Below, piece by piece: positions 1 to 8,843 of a stretch of 21,222 nt of DNA (position 1 is the stretch's first letter; each line of letters opens with the position of its first letter). The stretch comes from Promethearchaeota archaeon (GTDB lineage Archaea; Asgardarchaeota; Lokiarchaeia; Sigyniarchaeales; SOKP01): the NCBI GenBank assembly GCA_048939015.1, contig JBHLPW010000029.1:1-21222 (forward strand), given 5' to 3'. The translations under genes and the position numbers were made by a program. The notes beneath the pieces are model-generated. The model had not been told where the DNA came from. It did no database searches and saw nothing but the letters and a program-made list of their open reading frames with translations.

Positions 1-151
1 AAATTTTAATATACTATTTTTAACCCTTCAATATTAATATAGTAACTAGTCGCATTTATTAATGTGATTATATCACTATAATATTATCATTTAGTGTAAA
101 ATTATAATACATTAGTAAAAATTTATAAAACTAAATAATTATTAGTAAAAT

Positions 152-1645
152 ATGTCTGAATCAGCAAAAACAATTATAAAGTACTTCTGTGATCGTTTTC
201 TCAATTTAAATTATTATCCTTCTAACTTAAAAACTCTTTTGGATTTAGAATTAGGGAAATTGCGGGGTATTAAAGAGGAAGAAATTGAGAAATTTAGAAA
301 ACTAGATGTATTTACTTTTCGTGACTTAGAGAAATTTAAAAGTTTAGGATTTGAAAATCTAGTTGAGAAATTTAACATAGAAAAATCTATATTAAACAAT
401 GCTTTAATAGCATCAACCTTAATTACAAATGCTTGGAATAAAAGAAATTCATATTTGAAAAAACCAAAATTAAAAGTTGTCGTTTCAGGTCTTGATTTTG
501 CTGGGAAAACCTCCCTTCTAAATAGATTAATGAATGATTATAATTATAATGACTTAGTTAATTTGGAACCAACTATTGGAGCAAAAATAGAAGAATATCA
601 ATCTAATAAGTTAGATTTGGTTCTTTGGGATCTTGGAGGTCAGAAAGATCATATTGATGAATATCTAGCATCTCCAGAAAGATTTTTTATTCAAATAGAT
701 ATTTTAATCTTTGTAATCGATTCTCAAGATGATGTTAGATATTTAGATGCTTTAAAATACCTAGAAGGTATAATAGAGATTCTAGAATTTCTAAAAGAAA
801 ATCCGTTTATAGTAATTCTTATAAATAAGGTAGATTTTGATATTAGAAATGATCCAGACTTTCAAATTAAACTTGAATATCTTTCAGATAAAATTTCAGA
901 GATCTTTAAAAAATCTATTAATTCTTGGAATTTTGAATTGATTCCGACTAGTATTTATAATTATTATTCAAAAGAACCAGAAATAGTAAAAAGTATTAAA
1001 GATATTTTTTCAAAAAAAAAAGATAAAACGAATGAAGAGATTATATTACCTGAAATTGATGAAAAATTCCAAAAAATTTTAGATATCAATCTGAAACTAA
1101 TGGATAAGTTTGTGTCTGAACTCTCTGAAATTAAACGTATTTTATATCATTTTAATCCTTCAAATGTGACCCAATCTCTTTTTTCAGTTCCTTTCAAGAA
1201 AGTACAACCAGGTCACATCTCACCTAGTTCAGATTTAAATGAAAAAAGGAAAAGGAAGAAAAAAAGGGTCAAAGTTGATGAATTTCAAAAGAAAAACAGA
1301 CCTAAGAAGGGTTTAGGACCACCAAAACCATTATTAACCCATCAATCCAAACAATTTATTGAGAAGGATTCGAGAAAATATAAAAAACTCACAAGTAAGA
1401 AATTAAAAGAAGTGAAAACATCATTAAAGTCAAACTCACAATTACCTCAAAAATCTAGTGTACCACCATCAGCACCTACTCTGCTTAAAGAAAAAAAAAT
1501 TAATATAAATTTACTTAAACCACCCCCACCACCTCAAACATCATCAACCATCAATGATAAATCACTTCCAAAAAGGACAGAGATTATTACAGAATTAAAA
1601 GAAATATTTGTAAAGAGAGGTTTAATTACTGAACATGATATTTGA
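152..1645 (+). CDS. Arf-family small GTPase with N-terminal HhH-like region, coiled coil and basic/proline-rich C-terminal tail
   Basis: G1 GLDFAGKTS, G2 PTIG, G3 WDLGGQ, G4 NKVD, G5-like TSIY. N-terminal LRGIKEEEIEKFRKLDVFTFRDL is HhH-like. Tail has KRKRKKKRVK, PPPPP and an amphipathic terminal helix. Confidence 0.9.
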   Translation: MSESAKTIIKYFCDRFLNLNYYPSNLKTLLDLELGKLRGIKEEEIEKFRKLDVFTFRDLEKFKSLGFENLVEKFNIEKSILNNALIASTLITNAWNKRNSYLKKPKLKVVVSGLDFAGKTSLLNRLMNDYNYNDLVNLEPTIGAKIEEYQSNKLDLVLWDLGGQKDHIDEYLASPERFFIQIDILIFVIDSQDDVRYLDALKYLEGIIEILEFLKENPFIVILINKVDFDIRNDPDFQIKLEYLSDKISEIFKKSINSWNFELIPTSIYNYYSKEPEIVKSIKDIFSKKKDKTNEEIILPEIDEKFQKILDINLKLMDKFVSELSEIKRILYHFNPSNVTQSLFSVPFKKVQPGHISPSSDLNEKRKRKKKRVKVDEFQKKNRPKKGLGPPKPLLTHQSKQFIEKDSRKYKKLTSKKLKEVKTSLKSNSQLPQKSSVPPSAPTLLKEKKININLLKPPPPPQTSSTINDKSLPKRTEIITELKEIFVKRGLITEHDI

Positions 1646-1875
1646 TTTAAATGTAATTAAATAAGTTGCGTGGACTTGATAGTTTTTTAAAGAATAAATA
1701 ATATTTTTATGTTTTAGGGAGATAATTATGCTAAATTTTAAGGATTTTTTGCTAAATCGAATATATGGTGAAATTTCAGATTAATTTGAATAATGAAATA
1801 AATTTTTAAATTAACATGAAAATAACTTAAATTAGGTGAGAATATATTCCGAATAATGAAAAAAAAACTAAGGAA

Positions 1876-2712
1876 ATGGTTATATATGAGGAAACAACCG
1901 GAAAGCAAGCGATATGGCAAGGAAAAATAACTAAGGGGTTTCTTCGATGGAAAGAAGGTGAAAAAGACTATTATGCTGATAAAAAGAGAATTTCTGTCTA
2001 TGTTTCAAGCGAGACTGAGAAAAAATGGGAAGAATTTATGAAAACACAGAATTACTCTTCATTTTCTGGACTAATAAGAGAAAGTGTTAATTATTTTATC
2101 GATGAAAAATTGAAGTTTGGAGGTAGGATATTTAATAGCTTAGATATTGAAGATACCTCTGATATGGTTCATTTACTAAAAGAAAAACTAACTACAATAA
2201 AAGGATTTTCACAACTATTACTTGAAAAATATATTAACAATTTTAATGAAGAAACAAAATCAATACTAAATAATGTTTTACATGAAATTAAAGAATTAGA
2301 AAATCGATTCATACCAAAATCAGAAGATGAAATCAAGTTAACCCAGTATGATATTTTACTCATTGAAGATAGTTTATCCACAGTAGAATTATTAAAAAAT
2401 TATTTTGAAAGCAAAGGTTATTCCTTTAAAGGAGTACTTACAGGGGTGAAAGGAATTGAAGAATTAAATATGAATACTCCAAAATTAATATTATTAGATA
2501 TAATTTTACCTGATATCAGTGGATATAACATTTGTAAAGATATAAAATCAAATGAGAATCTAAAAAAAATTCCTGTTTTTTATATAACAGCTGTACCCAG
2601 TTTTAAAGTTGAAAGTAAAATGAAAGAAACAATGGCAAATGGCTATATCCTAAAACCTTTTGATTTACCAGATCTAGAATTCTTATTCAATTATCTCAAT
2701 GAATCCAACTAG
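1876..2712 (+). CDS. Response regulator: RHH DNA-binding domain, HisKA-like helical hairpin and receiver domain
   Basis: RISVYVSSETEKKWEEF...SFSGLIRESVNYFI (RHH); MVHLLKEKLTTIKGFSQLL (H-box-like); ILLIED...LILLDIILPDISG...ITA...KPFD (REC with the phospho-acceptor Asp, Thr and Lys). Confidence 0.85.
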   Translation: MVIYEETTGKQAIWQGKITKGFLRWKEGEKDYYADKKRISVYVSSETEKKWEEFMKTQNYSSFSGLIRESVNYFIDEKLKFGGRIFNSLDIEDTSDMVHLLKEKLTTIKGFSQLLLEKYINNFNEETKSILNNVLHEIKELENRFIPKSEDEIKLTQYDILLIEDSLSTVELLKNYFESKGYSFKGVLTGVKGIEELNMNTPKLILLDIILPDISGYNICKDIKSNENLKKIPVFYITAVPSFKVESKMKETMANGYILKPFDLPDLEFLFNYLNESN

Positions 2713-3107
2713 ATTAGCTTAAATCAGAAATGTCGTGTGAATTATTCTTGGATTTGGATCCAGGAAATTCTACTTAAATAAAATTTATGTATCAATAAAA
2801 AAAATAATGATACTATCTTTTGAATTCTCTTATTATTTCGATTTCTTTTATTCAATAAGCAGCAGATTATGAATTTTTTGACTAACTTTATCTTTATTTT
2901 TTATTTATGATTTTATATAATTTTCTTGAAATAGTGAAGTATTATACTTTTCCAAGTAAATTCTATTAATGGATTAAAATTTTTAATTTAATTTTAGAAA
3001 ATCTGGTCTCTAAAATATAGATTAATAACTTTTTTAAAAAAATACAGTTTTTTTTTAGATTCTGATGACTTGAATTGATAATTCTTTGTGTCTCAACTTC
3101 ACAATAT

Positions 3108-3404
3108 CTATTTTTCTATATTAATTTCAACACCAATTATATCATCAGCTTCTAATTCAAATTGTGAAATTATATCTTTTTTTACAGTAACTCCCATTGT
3201 TGTTGTACTTACTTTTATTATTTGAGCAGGGAAATTTATATTTTCTAATTCTCCTTCATTTTTCCCTTTAATTATGTGATAAATTTTAATTTGAACGATA
3301 TCACCGAATTTTAATTTTAACTGTTTCCTAACATTTTTACTGATTGTAAAACCGATTGAAGATTCACCACGAGTTTTTAATGTTACTGTATCCTTTACTG
3401 GCAT
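3108..3404 (-). CDS. Tandem AbrB/MazE-like (swapped-hairpin) transcription regulator, copy 1
   Basis: Two repeats of the AbrB pattern: GESSIGFTISKNVRKQLKLKFGDIVQIKI and STTTMGVTVKKDIISQFELEADDIIGVEI. Confidence 0.75.
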   Translation of the reverse strand: MPVKDTVTLKTRGESSIGFTISKNVRKQLKLKFGDIVQIKIYHIIKGKNEGELENINFPAQIIKVSTTTMGVTVKKDIISQFELEADDIIGVEINIEK

Positions 3405-3709
3405 ATTTTCTCACAATTGATGATAATTCATAATTAACTTACTTTATTTATTAATTGTTTTGATTTAAATTTTCTTTATACAGTATTATAAAGTTTTATA
3501 TTAAATTAATAATAAATTACTCTATAATTTTCAAATATATTCATAGAAAGATCATATTATTTCTTATTTCATAGCTATTAATAATACTATGATCATATAA
3601 TATAGATATTACATAGAATAAAATTCATAATAATATATTTATATATAAAAAAATCTATTATTATACATAAAAGATTCAATAAAAATCTATTTAATATCTT
3701 GCAAAAAAT
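3405..3709. promoter_or_regulatory. AT-rich divergent promoter region (AbrB copy 1 / small-ORF operon)
   Basis: Non-coding and extremely AT-rich, between divergent genes. TATA-like TTTATATATAAA at about 3638-3649. Confidence 0.55.
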
Positions 3710-4252
3710 GTGAACGGAATGATGCCCCGAAATAACTTCCAGAGCCCGGTTGAAGAAAAGGAATATCCTAACAATGAAAAATTTGAAATTGAATATACTA
3801 TAAATTTAACTCCTCAATTATTTGCCCATTTTGAAAAATTCTGTGAAATCCTTGACTTAACTCAGTATGAATTTATCGATGATTTACTTGATATGTATCT
3901 AAAGGAAATACCTTCAGGACTTAACACAAAGAATTATTATCCGGTAGTACGATACTATAATTTTTCGGTTTTATTAGAGAATAAAATTAAAGATGCAAAT
4001 GGAAAACACAATGAGAATAGCAATCAAAAAATTACGATCAGGATTCAAAAGGAAATCAATTACATGATATTAAAGGTTTGCAAAATCTTAAGAAAAGTAA
4101 AGCCTCAAAAATTCATAGAAGAGGCCATTCAATATGAATTCAATGCGATCCTTGAAAATATAGAGAGAGAGGAATATGAGTTCCTTGAAGAATTAAATAG
4201 TTTATCTGGAAGGATAAATCAATTAAAAGATTTAACGCTTGAGCTTAAATGA
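3710..4252 (+). CDS. Putative tandem ribbon-helix-helix (CopG/Arc-like) DNA-binding protein
   Basis: Two similar units: YTINLTPQLFAHFEKFCEILDLTQYEFIDDLLDMYL and ITIRIQKEINYMILKVCKILRKVKPQKFIEEAIQYEF (beta strand plus two helices). Confidence 0.65.
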   Translation: MNGMMPRNNFQSPVEEKEYPNNEKFEIEYTINLTPQLFAHFEKFCEILDLTQYEFIDDLLDMYLKEIPSGLNTKNYYPVVRYYNFSVLLENKIKDANGKHNENSNQKITIRIQKEINYMILKVCKILRKVKPQKFIEEAIQYEFNAILENIEREEYEFLEELNSLSGRINQLKDLTLELK

Positions 4253-4428
4253 ATCAATTCTCGAATATAGGAGAAAATATACCTGATATGATGAATATAC
4301 TATTTAAAATAATATATGTAAGGAAAGCAGAGATCACCCACAATCTTCAGTTTTCATTCATAGGAGTATTGCATTATTTCTTCTCTTTGCACTTATTATT
4401 CCTAAACCTAAATCTAAAAAGCAGGTAA
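4249..4428 (+). CDS. Small hypothetical protein (59 aa), possibly a frameshifted membrane peptide
   Basis: ATG overlaps the upstream TGA (ATGA). The -1 frame ending at 4439 (IALFLLFALIIPKPKSKKQVIRK*) also couples by ATGA to the next gene. Below the ORF-track cutoff. Confidence 0.4.
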   Translation: MNQFSNIGENIPDMMNILFKIIYVRKAEITHNLQFSFIGVLHYFFSLHLLFLNLNLKSR

Positions 4429-4435
4429 TAAGAAA

Positions 4436-4705
4436 ATGAAAGATTTAAAAGATAAAATTAAAAAAATTCTTAGGAAAAGCAAAGAAAAAAGGATAAATCA
4501 CTCAATATCTTTCAAATTAAACGAACTTTATAAAGAGATAGAAGATAATAGTAAATACCGTGAATATTTATACTTCATAGGGGCGATATATAACAGTATT
4601 TTTAGGAACATATCTACTTGTGAAACAATAATAATTTTAGCGTTTGATTACGCTTATCCTGATTATTTTAGAGAGACTATCTTGGAATATAAAAAAAAGG
4701 AATGA
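4436..4705 (+). CDS. Hypothetical protein
   Basis: 89-aa ORF in a co-oriented string, with AGGT upstream. Confidence 0.6.
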   Translation: MKDLKDKIKKILRKSKEKRINHSISFKLNELYKEIEDNSKYREYLYFIGAIYNSIFRNISTCETIIILAFDYAYPDYFRETILEYKKKE

Positions 4706-4761
4706 GAATTGAAGAAATAATATTGAATAGGGTTTGAAAGAAGTGAAGGTGTAGAATAATT

Positions 4762-5274
4762 ATGAAAAAATTTAGTGATATTTTAATAGCCTTGGAAAAG
4801 ATTGCGAAAAAAACAGGTGAGGATGAAGATGATAGTATCTGCGATTTAAAAAACCAATTTAATATAAGAATTGCAGAAGAAGCCTCTTCATTACGAGAGT
4901 CATTAGGAGGTAAACATATCTGGATCTGGATATTAAAACCATATAATAAAAAGGATCTTTATACAGAAAGATATAACCTTCGCTTTATCAAATTTCAGCT
5001 TTCGAGTTCTATATATAAAATTGTAAGGAAGGAAAAGGTAGAGGGGAAGTATTATATTAAATATCCTAAATATATACTTCTCTCAGATGTTCAAGATGCC
5101 ATTTTTGAGCGGCTCTATGAAGAACATGGAATAAAAAATAAAGATTTTACTGAAATTGAATGGGAAGATATATTATGCTCTATGGAATTCAAGTATGCTG
5201 AAATTCAGATGGCAAGAGAATTAATTGCTCAGGAATACCATCATAAGATTCTTAGTAAGATTTGGAGGTTTTAA
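4762..5274 (+). CDS. Hypothetical protein
   Basis: 170-aa ORF with SD-like AGGTG at 4747-4751. No motif recognised. Confidence 0.7.
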   Translation: MKKFSDILIALEKIAKKTGEDEDDSICDLKNQFNIRIAEEASSLRESLGGKHIWIWILKPYNKKDLYTERYNLRFIKFQLSSSIYKIVRKEKVEGKYYIKYPKYILLSDVQDAIFERLYEEHGIKNKDFTEIEWEDILCSMEFKYAEIQMARELIAQEYHHKILSKIWRF

Positions 5275-5418
5275 GTGAATATTATCTCAATAAGAAGGAC
5301 CAAGCTAAAAAAATGCTCATATTGCAGTATTATGCTTCAACAGACCTATCTTAAAAGGCATATTAAACAACATCAGAATAACCGAAATTCATTAGAGAAG
5401 TTAAAGGTGATGAAATGA
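5275..5418 (+). CDS. Small C2H2-type zinc-finger protein (47 aa, not in ORF track)
   Basis: GTG start directly after the upstream TAA; SD GGAGGT at 5264-5269. Translation MNIISIRRTKLKKCSYCSIMLQQTYLKRHIKQHQNNRNSLEKLKVMK* has C-x2-C-x11-H-x3-H. Its TGA overlaps the next ATG. Confidence 0.8.
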   Translation: MNIISIRRTKLKKCSYCSIMLQQTYLKRHIKQHQNNRNSLEKLKVMK

Positions 5419-5636
5419 AATTAAGTAAAATTTGGTTAAAATTAGTGAGGAAAGGAAGGGATCTCCTGGTCTATAGCACTTCGGTGCCTATTGAAATTAT
5501 TCATCAACATAGAATTAATACTTACTTATCTTTGTTTTTATTCTATTGTGATGATTTCAATAACTTTGATCACTATCTTTTACTGGGGACTCCCTTTCCC
5601 TTTAAACTAAATATTCCAAGGTGGAGGTATTTTTAA
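5415..5636 (+). CDS. Hypothetical protein, weak AbrB-like N-terminus
   Basis: ATGA coupling and SD AGGTGA at 5405-5410. KLVRKGRDLLVYSTSVPIEIIHQHRI resembles an AbrB strand-helix. Confidence 0.55.
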   Translation: MKLSKIWLKLVRKGRDLLVYSTSVPIEIIHQHRINTYLSLFLFYCDDFNNFDHYLLLGTPFPFKLNIPRWRYF

Positions 5637-5640
5637 TAAA

Positions 5641-5931
5641 ATGTGTATGTATCGAAGTTATCTATTAAAAAATGGTTTTTGGCCAAAGAAAAAAACTAAC
5701 TCTGAGGTATTTTTGAAACATGATCTAAAAATCGGCGGTATTTATGCCATAATTCAGAAGGAGGGATTTAATAAAAGGATTAAAATCGTCATTAGGAAGA
5801 GCGTCTACTTTTTTGATAATTTCGATAATTTAGATGCCTTTTTAGGACAATTACATGCATCTCAAACAGAATTTATGCATATTATAAAAAGAAAATTTGT
5901 TGAGAACAAATTAGGAAAATTAGAATTGTAA
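5641..5931 (+). CDS. Hypothetical protein
   Basis: 96-aa ORF with SD GGAGGT at 5623-5628. Confidence 0.65.
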   Translation: MCMYRSYLLKNGFWPKKKTNSEVFLKHDLKIGGIYAIIQKEGFNKRIKIVIRKSVYFFDNFDNLDAFLGQLHASQTEFMHIIKRKFVENKLGKLEL

Positions 5932-5958
5932 TTAGACTATATTAGAATAAACAAGAAA

Positions 5959-7027
5959 ATGAGTATTTGTAGGAAACCTAATTATATATTTTTTGAGAAA
6001 TTCCTAAGAAAACTTTTTCAGAATGTGCAAAATGCAGATTTCTTATCCATAAATAAAATATACAGCGATTTTTCAAAAGAACTTAGAGCAATCTTGTTTG
6101 GAACCTTATTAACATTTGAAGACAACACAATCCTATTCACTATTATGAAACAGACATTTCTAGTACTTATACCTTAATAACAAATTCTCAAGTTCAAGAA
6201 ATTTTACAGAAATTTTCTTGAGATATCTGAAGTGGAGTAAACTATTATTTTCACTCAATTATTTTTTGTTCTTTGAGTACACAATTTATAGAAAAAAATA
6301 AGTATAAAATAACAAAAACCTTGTTATATTATTGAAATATTACAACTAAGGCGTCCTTGAAAATCAAGTTTAAACCACTTTCCTTTCAAAGTTTCCAGAA
6401 TTATATATTAAGAGGAGATTATTTATACCTGATAATAATAAATTATTTGAGTTATTTTTAGGGTTATCTTCAAAGAGAGGGTCTAAATACGCTACCGAAG
6501 TAAGCAATAGGCAAAAAATTGAGATAATTATTGAAAAATTCGAAAATTCTTTAGAAATATTATTTATAATGTTATCAAATATGATCCAATTAAAAACAGG
6601 GGCTAGAATTGGGATGTCAGTCTCTATGGATTTAGCTCGTGAAACCTCCAAATTATTTACTGATAGAATAAATCAATTGCATTCTATTCTTGATAAACAT
6701 CGAGAGATTTTAAGTGAGAAAATAATAGAGAAAATGGGAAAATACTTTGAAGTAGTTGCTCCATCTGGGCTTATTAATCCGGAAGATGGCTTAAAAACGG
6801 ATATATCGTTAAATATCTTGAAAGAATTCATCCATAAATACAATCGAAGCTCAAGTTGTTTTAATCATATCTCTCTTGCAATTAAAAAATTAATTGCTAT
6901 TTTAGATCTTGAGGGAGATTATAAAAATCCCCAAACAATGAAAGATACTAAATACCTTGAAGCTCTCTTAAAACTAATGATATTAATCTCGAAACCTCGA
7001 AAAGGAATTTATGATTTTTTTTCATAA
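5959..7027 (+). pseudogene. Degraded gene (fragments 5959-6177 and 6374-7027)
   Basis: The frame of ORF 6569-7027 is open without a start back to 6374, and protein-like sequence continues upstream through in-frame TAAs. The 5959 frame continues past several stops. Joining the two fragments needs a frameshift. Confidence 0.55.
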
Positions 7028-7214
7028 ATATTAAACTTAAGAAAATTATTACTACATGTTTAGAATTTTTTTCAATATTAATTATATTATAGATCTTGAA
7101 AAAAAGTCTGAAGAAATAGTATGAAATTTATTTTGTATAACTATTAAAATAGGATCTAAAAGAATATTTTCTCCGATGTCTAATAATTCATCATAAAAAT
7201 ACTACTTTCAAATA

Positions 7215-7928
7215 CTATCCTACAACTAATTGGCAAGATATATCCATTACTTTCGCAATATCTACCATATATAGTGAAAATTCCTGATTTGAACAGACTT
7301 TTATCCATTCAAGTAGCTTATTTTTACAATTAGTTCTTAATTTATCCATTTTTTCGCTAAATAGTTCTATATCCACGATAAGTGTATTTTTTTCTTTAAA
7401 TTTAATAAAGTTATCTATAATAAGAGAAGTACTTTGCTGCCAACGCTCTTCGCAAATCTCTTCAAACTCATCGTGATCTACTTTAAACTGGAAGGATTTT
7501 AAAACTTTTCCTAAGATAGTCCAATAAGACACACCTTCACTTTCAGATTCTTTTTTAAATATATCACTTTCTGGATCTGCAATATATTTAGATAGTGCTA
7601 TTGAGGAATGATATGGCGTTGCCCAATCAGTTATGAAATGAAAAGCCCATCCAAGCCAACGAGACCATGAAGAATCACCAGAATCATAAGCTTCAATAGC
7701 TTTTTTAATATTTTGAATAGCTAATTCTTTTGCTTTATCAGTATGGTCAACAAACCATCCAATAGAGGTTAATAATGCTTTTGAAATACCTTTACCCATT
7801 TCTTCTCTGTTTATTAGATCTGGTTCTACTGATGAAGACACAAGTATTTCCAAATTATTGGAATCTATAGAATGAAATCCGTATAATCCAACTAAACGAG
7901 CTAAACCTTTATGTGTGATTTCTTTCAA
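7215..7928 (-). CDS. Zinc-dependent phospholipase C / nuclease P1-S1 superfamily protein
   Basis: N-terminal ITH, then EPD, LGWAFHFITDWATPYH and HDEFE Zn-ligand motifs. TTG start, no signal peptide. Confidence 0.85.
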   Translation of the reverse strand: MKEITHKGLARLVGLYGFHSIDSNNLEILVSSSVEPDLINREEMGKGISKALLTSIGWFVDHTDKAKELAIQNIKKAIEAYDSGDSSWSRWLGWAFHFITDWATPYHSSIALSKYIADPESDIFKKESESEGVSYWTILGKVLKSFQFKVDHDEFEEICEERWQQSTSLIIDNFIKFKEKNTLIVDIELFSEKMDKLRTNCKNKLLEWIKVCSNQEFSLYMVDIAKVMDISCQLVVG

Positions 7929-7960
7929 TTTATATCACTTTTATGTATTCTTATATAAAT

Positions 7961-8338
7961 TTATGAATTTAATATTTGCTTCGAGTTTGGAAAATGAATA
8001 ATTTGATTTGTGAAGATTCCATCATGATTTAATCTCCATCTAAATTATGTAATTAAATAGCATACATATCCAGATACAACAGTATTGGGCACTTGTAGAT
8101 TGGCTTTTTCTACTTCATATTCTTGTATTTTATTTTCAACAATCATATCAAATGAGTATTTCACAATTTTAATTGCATTTTGCTAAGTACCTTTAATCTG
8201 CATAAAATTCTTGATATCTTGAAGTTCTTGGTTAAATTCAAATTAATACTTCTATACTAAATCTATGCTACACTTAGGATTATTAAAGTCTATATGAACG
8301 GTTTGAGAGCTTGGATGAATCAAGATATACCGGTGCAA
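7961..8338 (-). pseudogene. Decayed ORF, weak resemblance to a TFB/cyclin-fold repeat
   Basis: One frame of about 126 codons with four internal stops: SIDLV*KY*FEFNQELQDIKNFMQIKGT*QNAIKIVKYSFDMIVENK...VPNTVVSGYVCYLIT*FRWRL. Confidence 0.35.
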
Positions 8339-8519
8339 TATAAGGAGAAGGAAAATTAGATTGTTTTGAAGTTATATTAAAATTAGTTATCAATCAAAAT
8401 TCCAAATAGAAAAGACTTATGATAACTTTAAAAAACCTAAAGAGTAAGTAAGTTGAATAAAAAGTAAAAAACCAAGAGAAAAATATGATATATTTTACAA
8501 CTCATAATTCATTATTCAA

Positions 8520-8843
8520 TTAGGTAGAACTTTTACCCAATTTTTCAATTTTAATTAGGAGGTCATAATTTTCTTGGAGATCTAATCTCTTTACTAAATT
8601 CTGCTTAACTGTCATTCCTAACGAGCTACCCCCCGCTTTTATTACTCTTCCTACCATTGGAATATTGATAGAGATAGGATCAGCTTGATTTGGGTCTTTA
8701 AAAATACCTAAGATAAATACTTGGATTAGATCACCCGCTTTAAGTGTAAGAGCTTCAATCATTGCTGAAGTTAACAGAAATCTAATGGATGTATCACTTC
8801 CACTTGCCAACCGTAGCTGAACAACATCTTGTATAGACATCAT
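8520..8843 (-). CDS. Tandem AbrB-like transcription regulator, copy 2 (paralog of 3108-3404)
   Basis: SDTSIRFLLTSAMIEALTLKAGDLIQVFI and GGSSLGMTVKQNLVKRLDLQENYDLLIKI. Aligns end to end by eye with copy 1 (D-x-V-x-L, GD-x-x-Q, IN-x-P, IK, G-x-TVK). Confidence 0.75.
   Translation of the reverse strand: MMSIQDVVQLRLASGSDTSIRFLLTSAMIEALTLKAGDLIQVFILGIFKDPNQADPISINIPMVGRVIKAGGSSLGMTVKQNLVKRLDLQENYDLLIKIEKLGKSST

Noticed and set aside
214-399. 61-aa minus-strand ORF
   Set aside because: Antisense shadow inside the GTPase gene; no motif.
1738-1920. 60-aa minus-strand ORF
   Set aside because: Overlaps the promoter and start of the regulator; low-complexity F/I/L composition typical of AT-rich non-coding DNA.
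2169-2381. 70-aa minus-strand ORF
   Set aside because: Antisense shadow of the response regulator.
6370-6651. 93-aa minus-strand ORF
   Set aside because: Antisense to the longer open plus-strand pseudogene frame.
5959-8338. Stop-codon reassignment as the explanation for the interrupted frames
   Set aside because: The interruptions include TAA, TAG and TGA plus a frameshift, and intact genes end in all three stops; decay is simpler.
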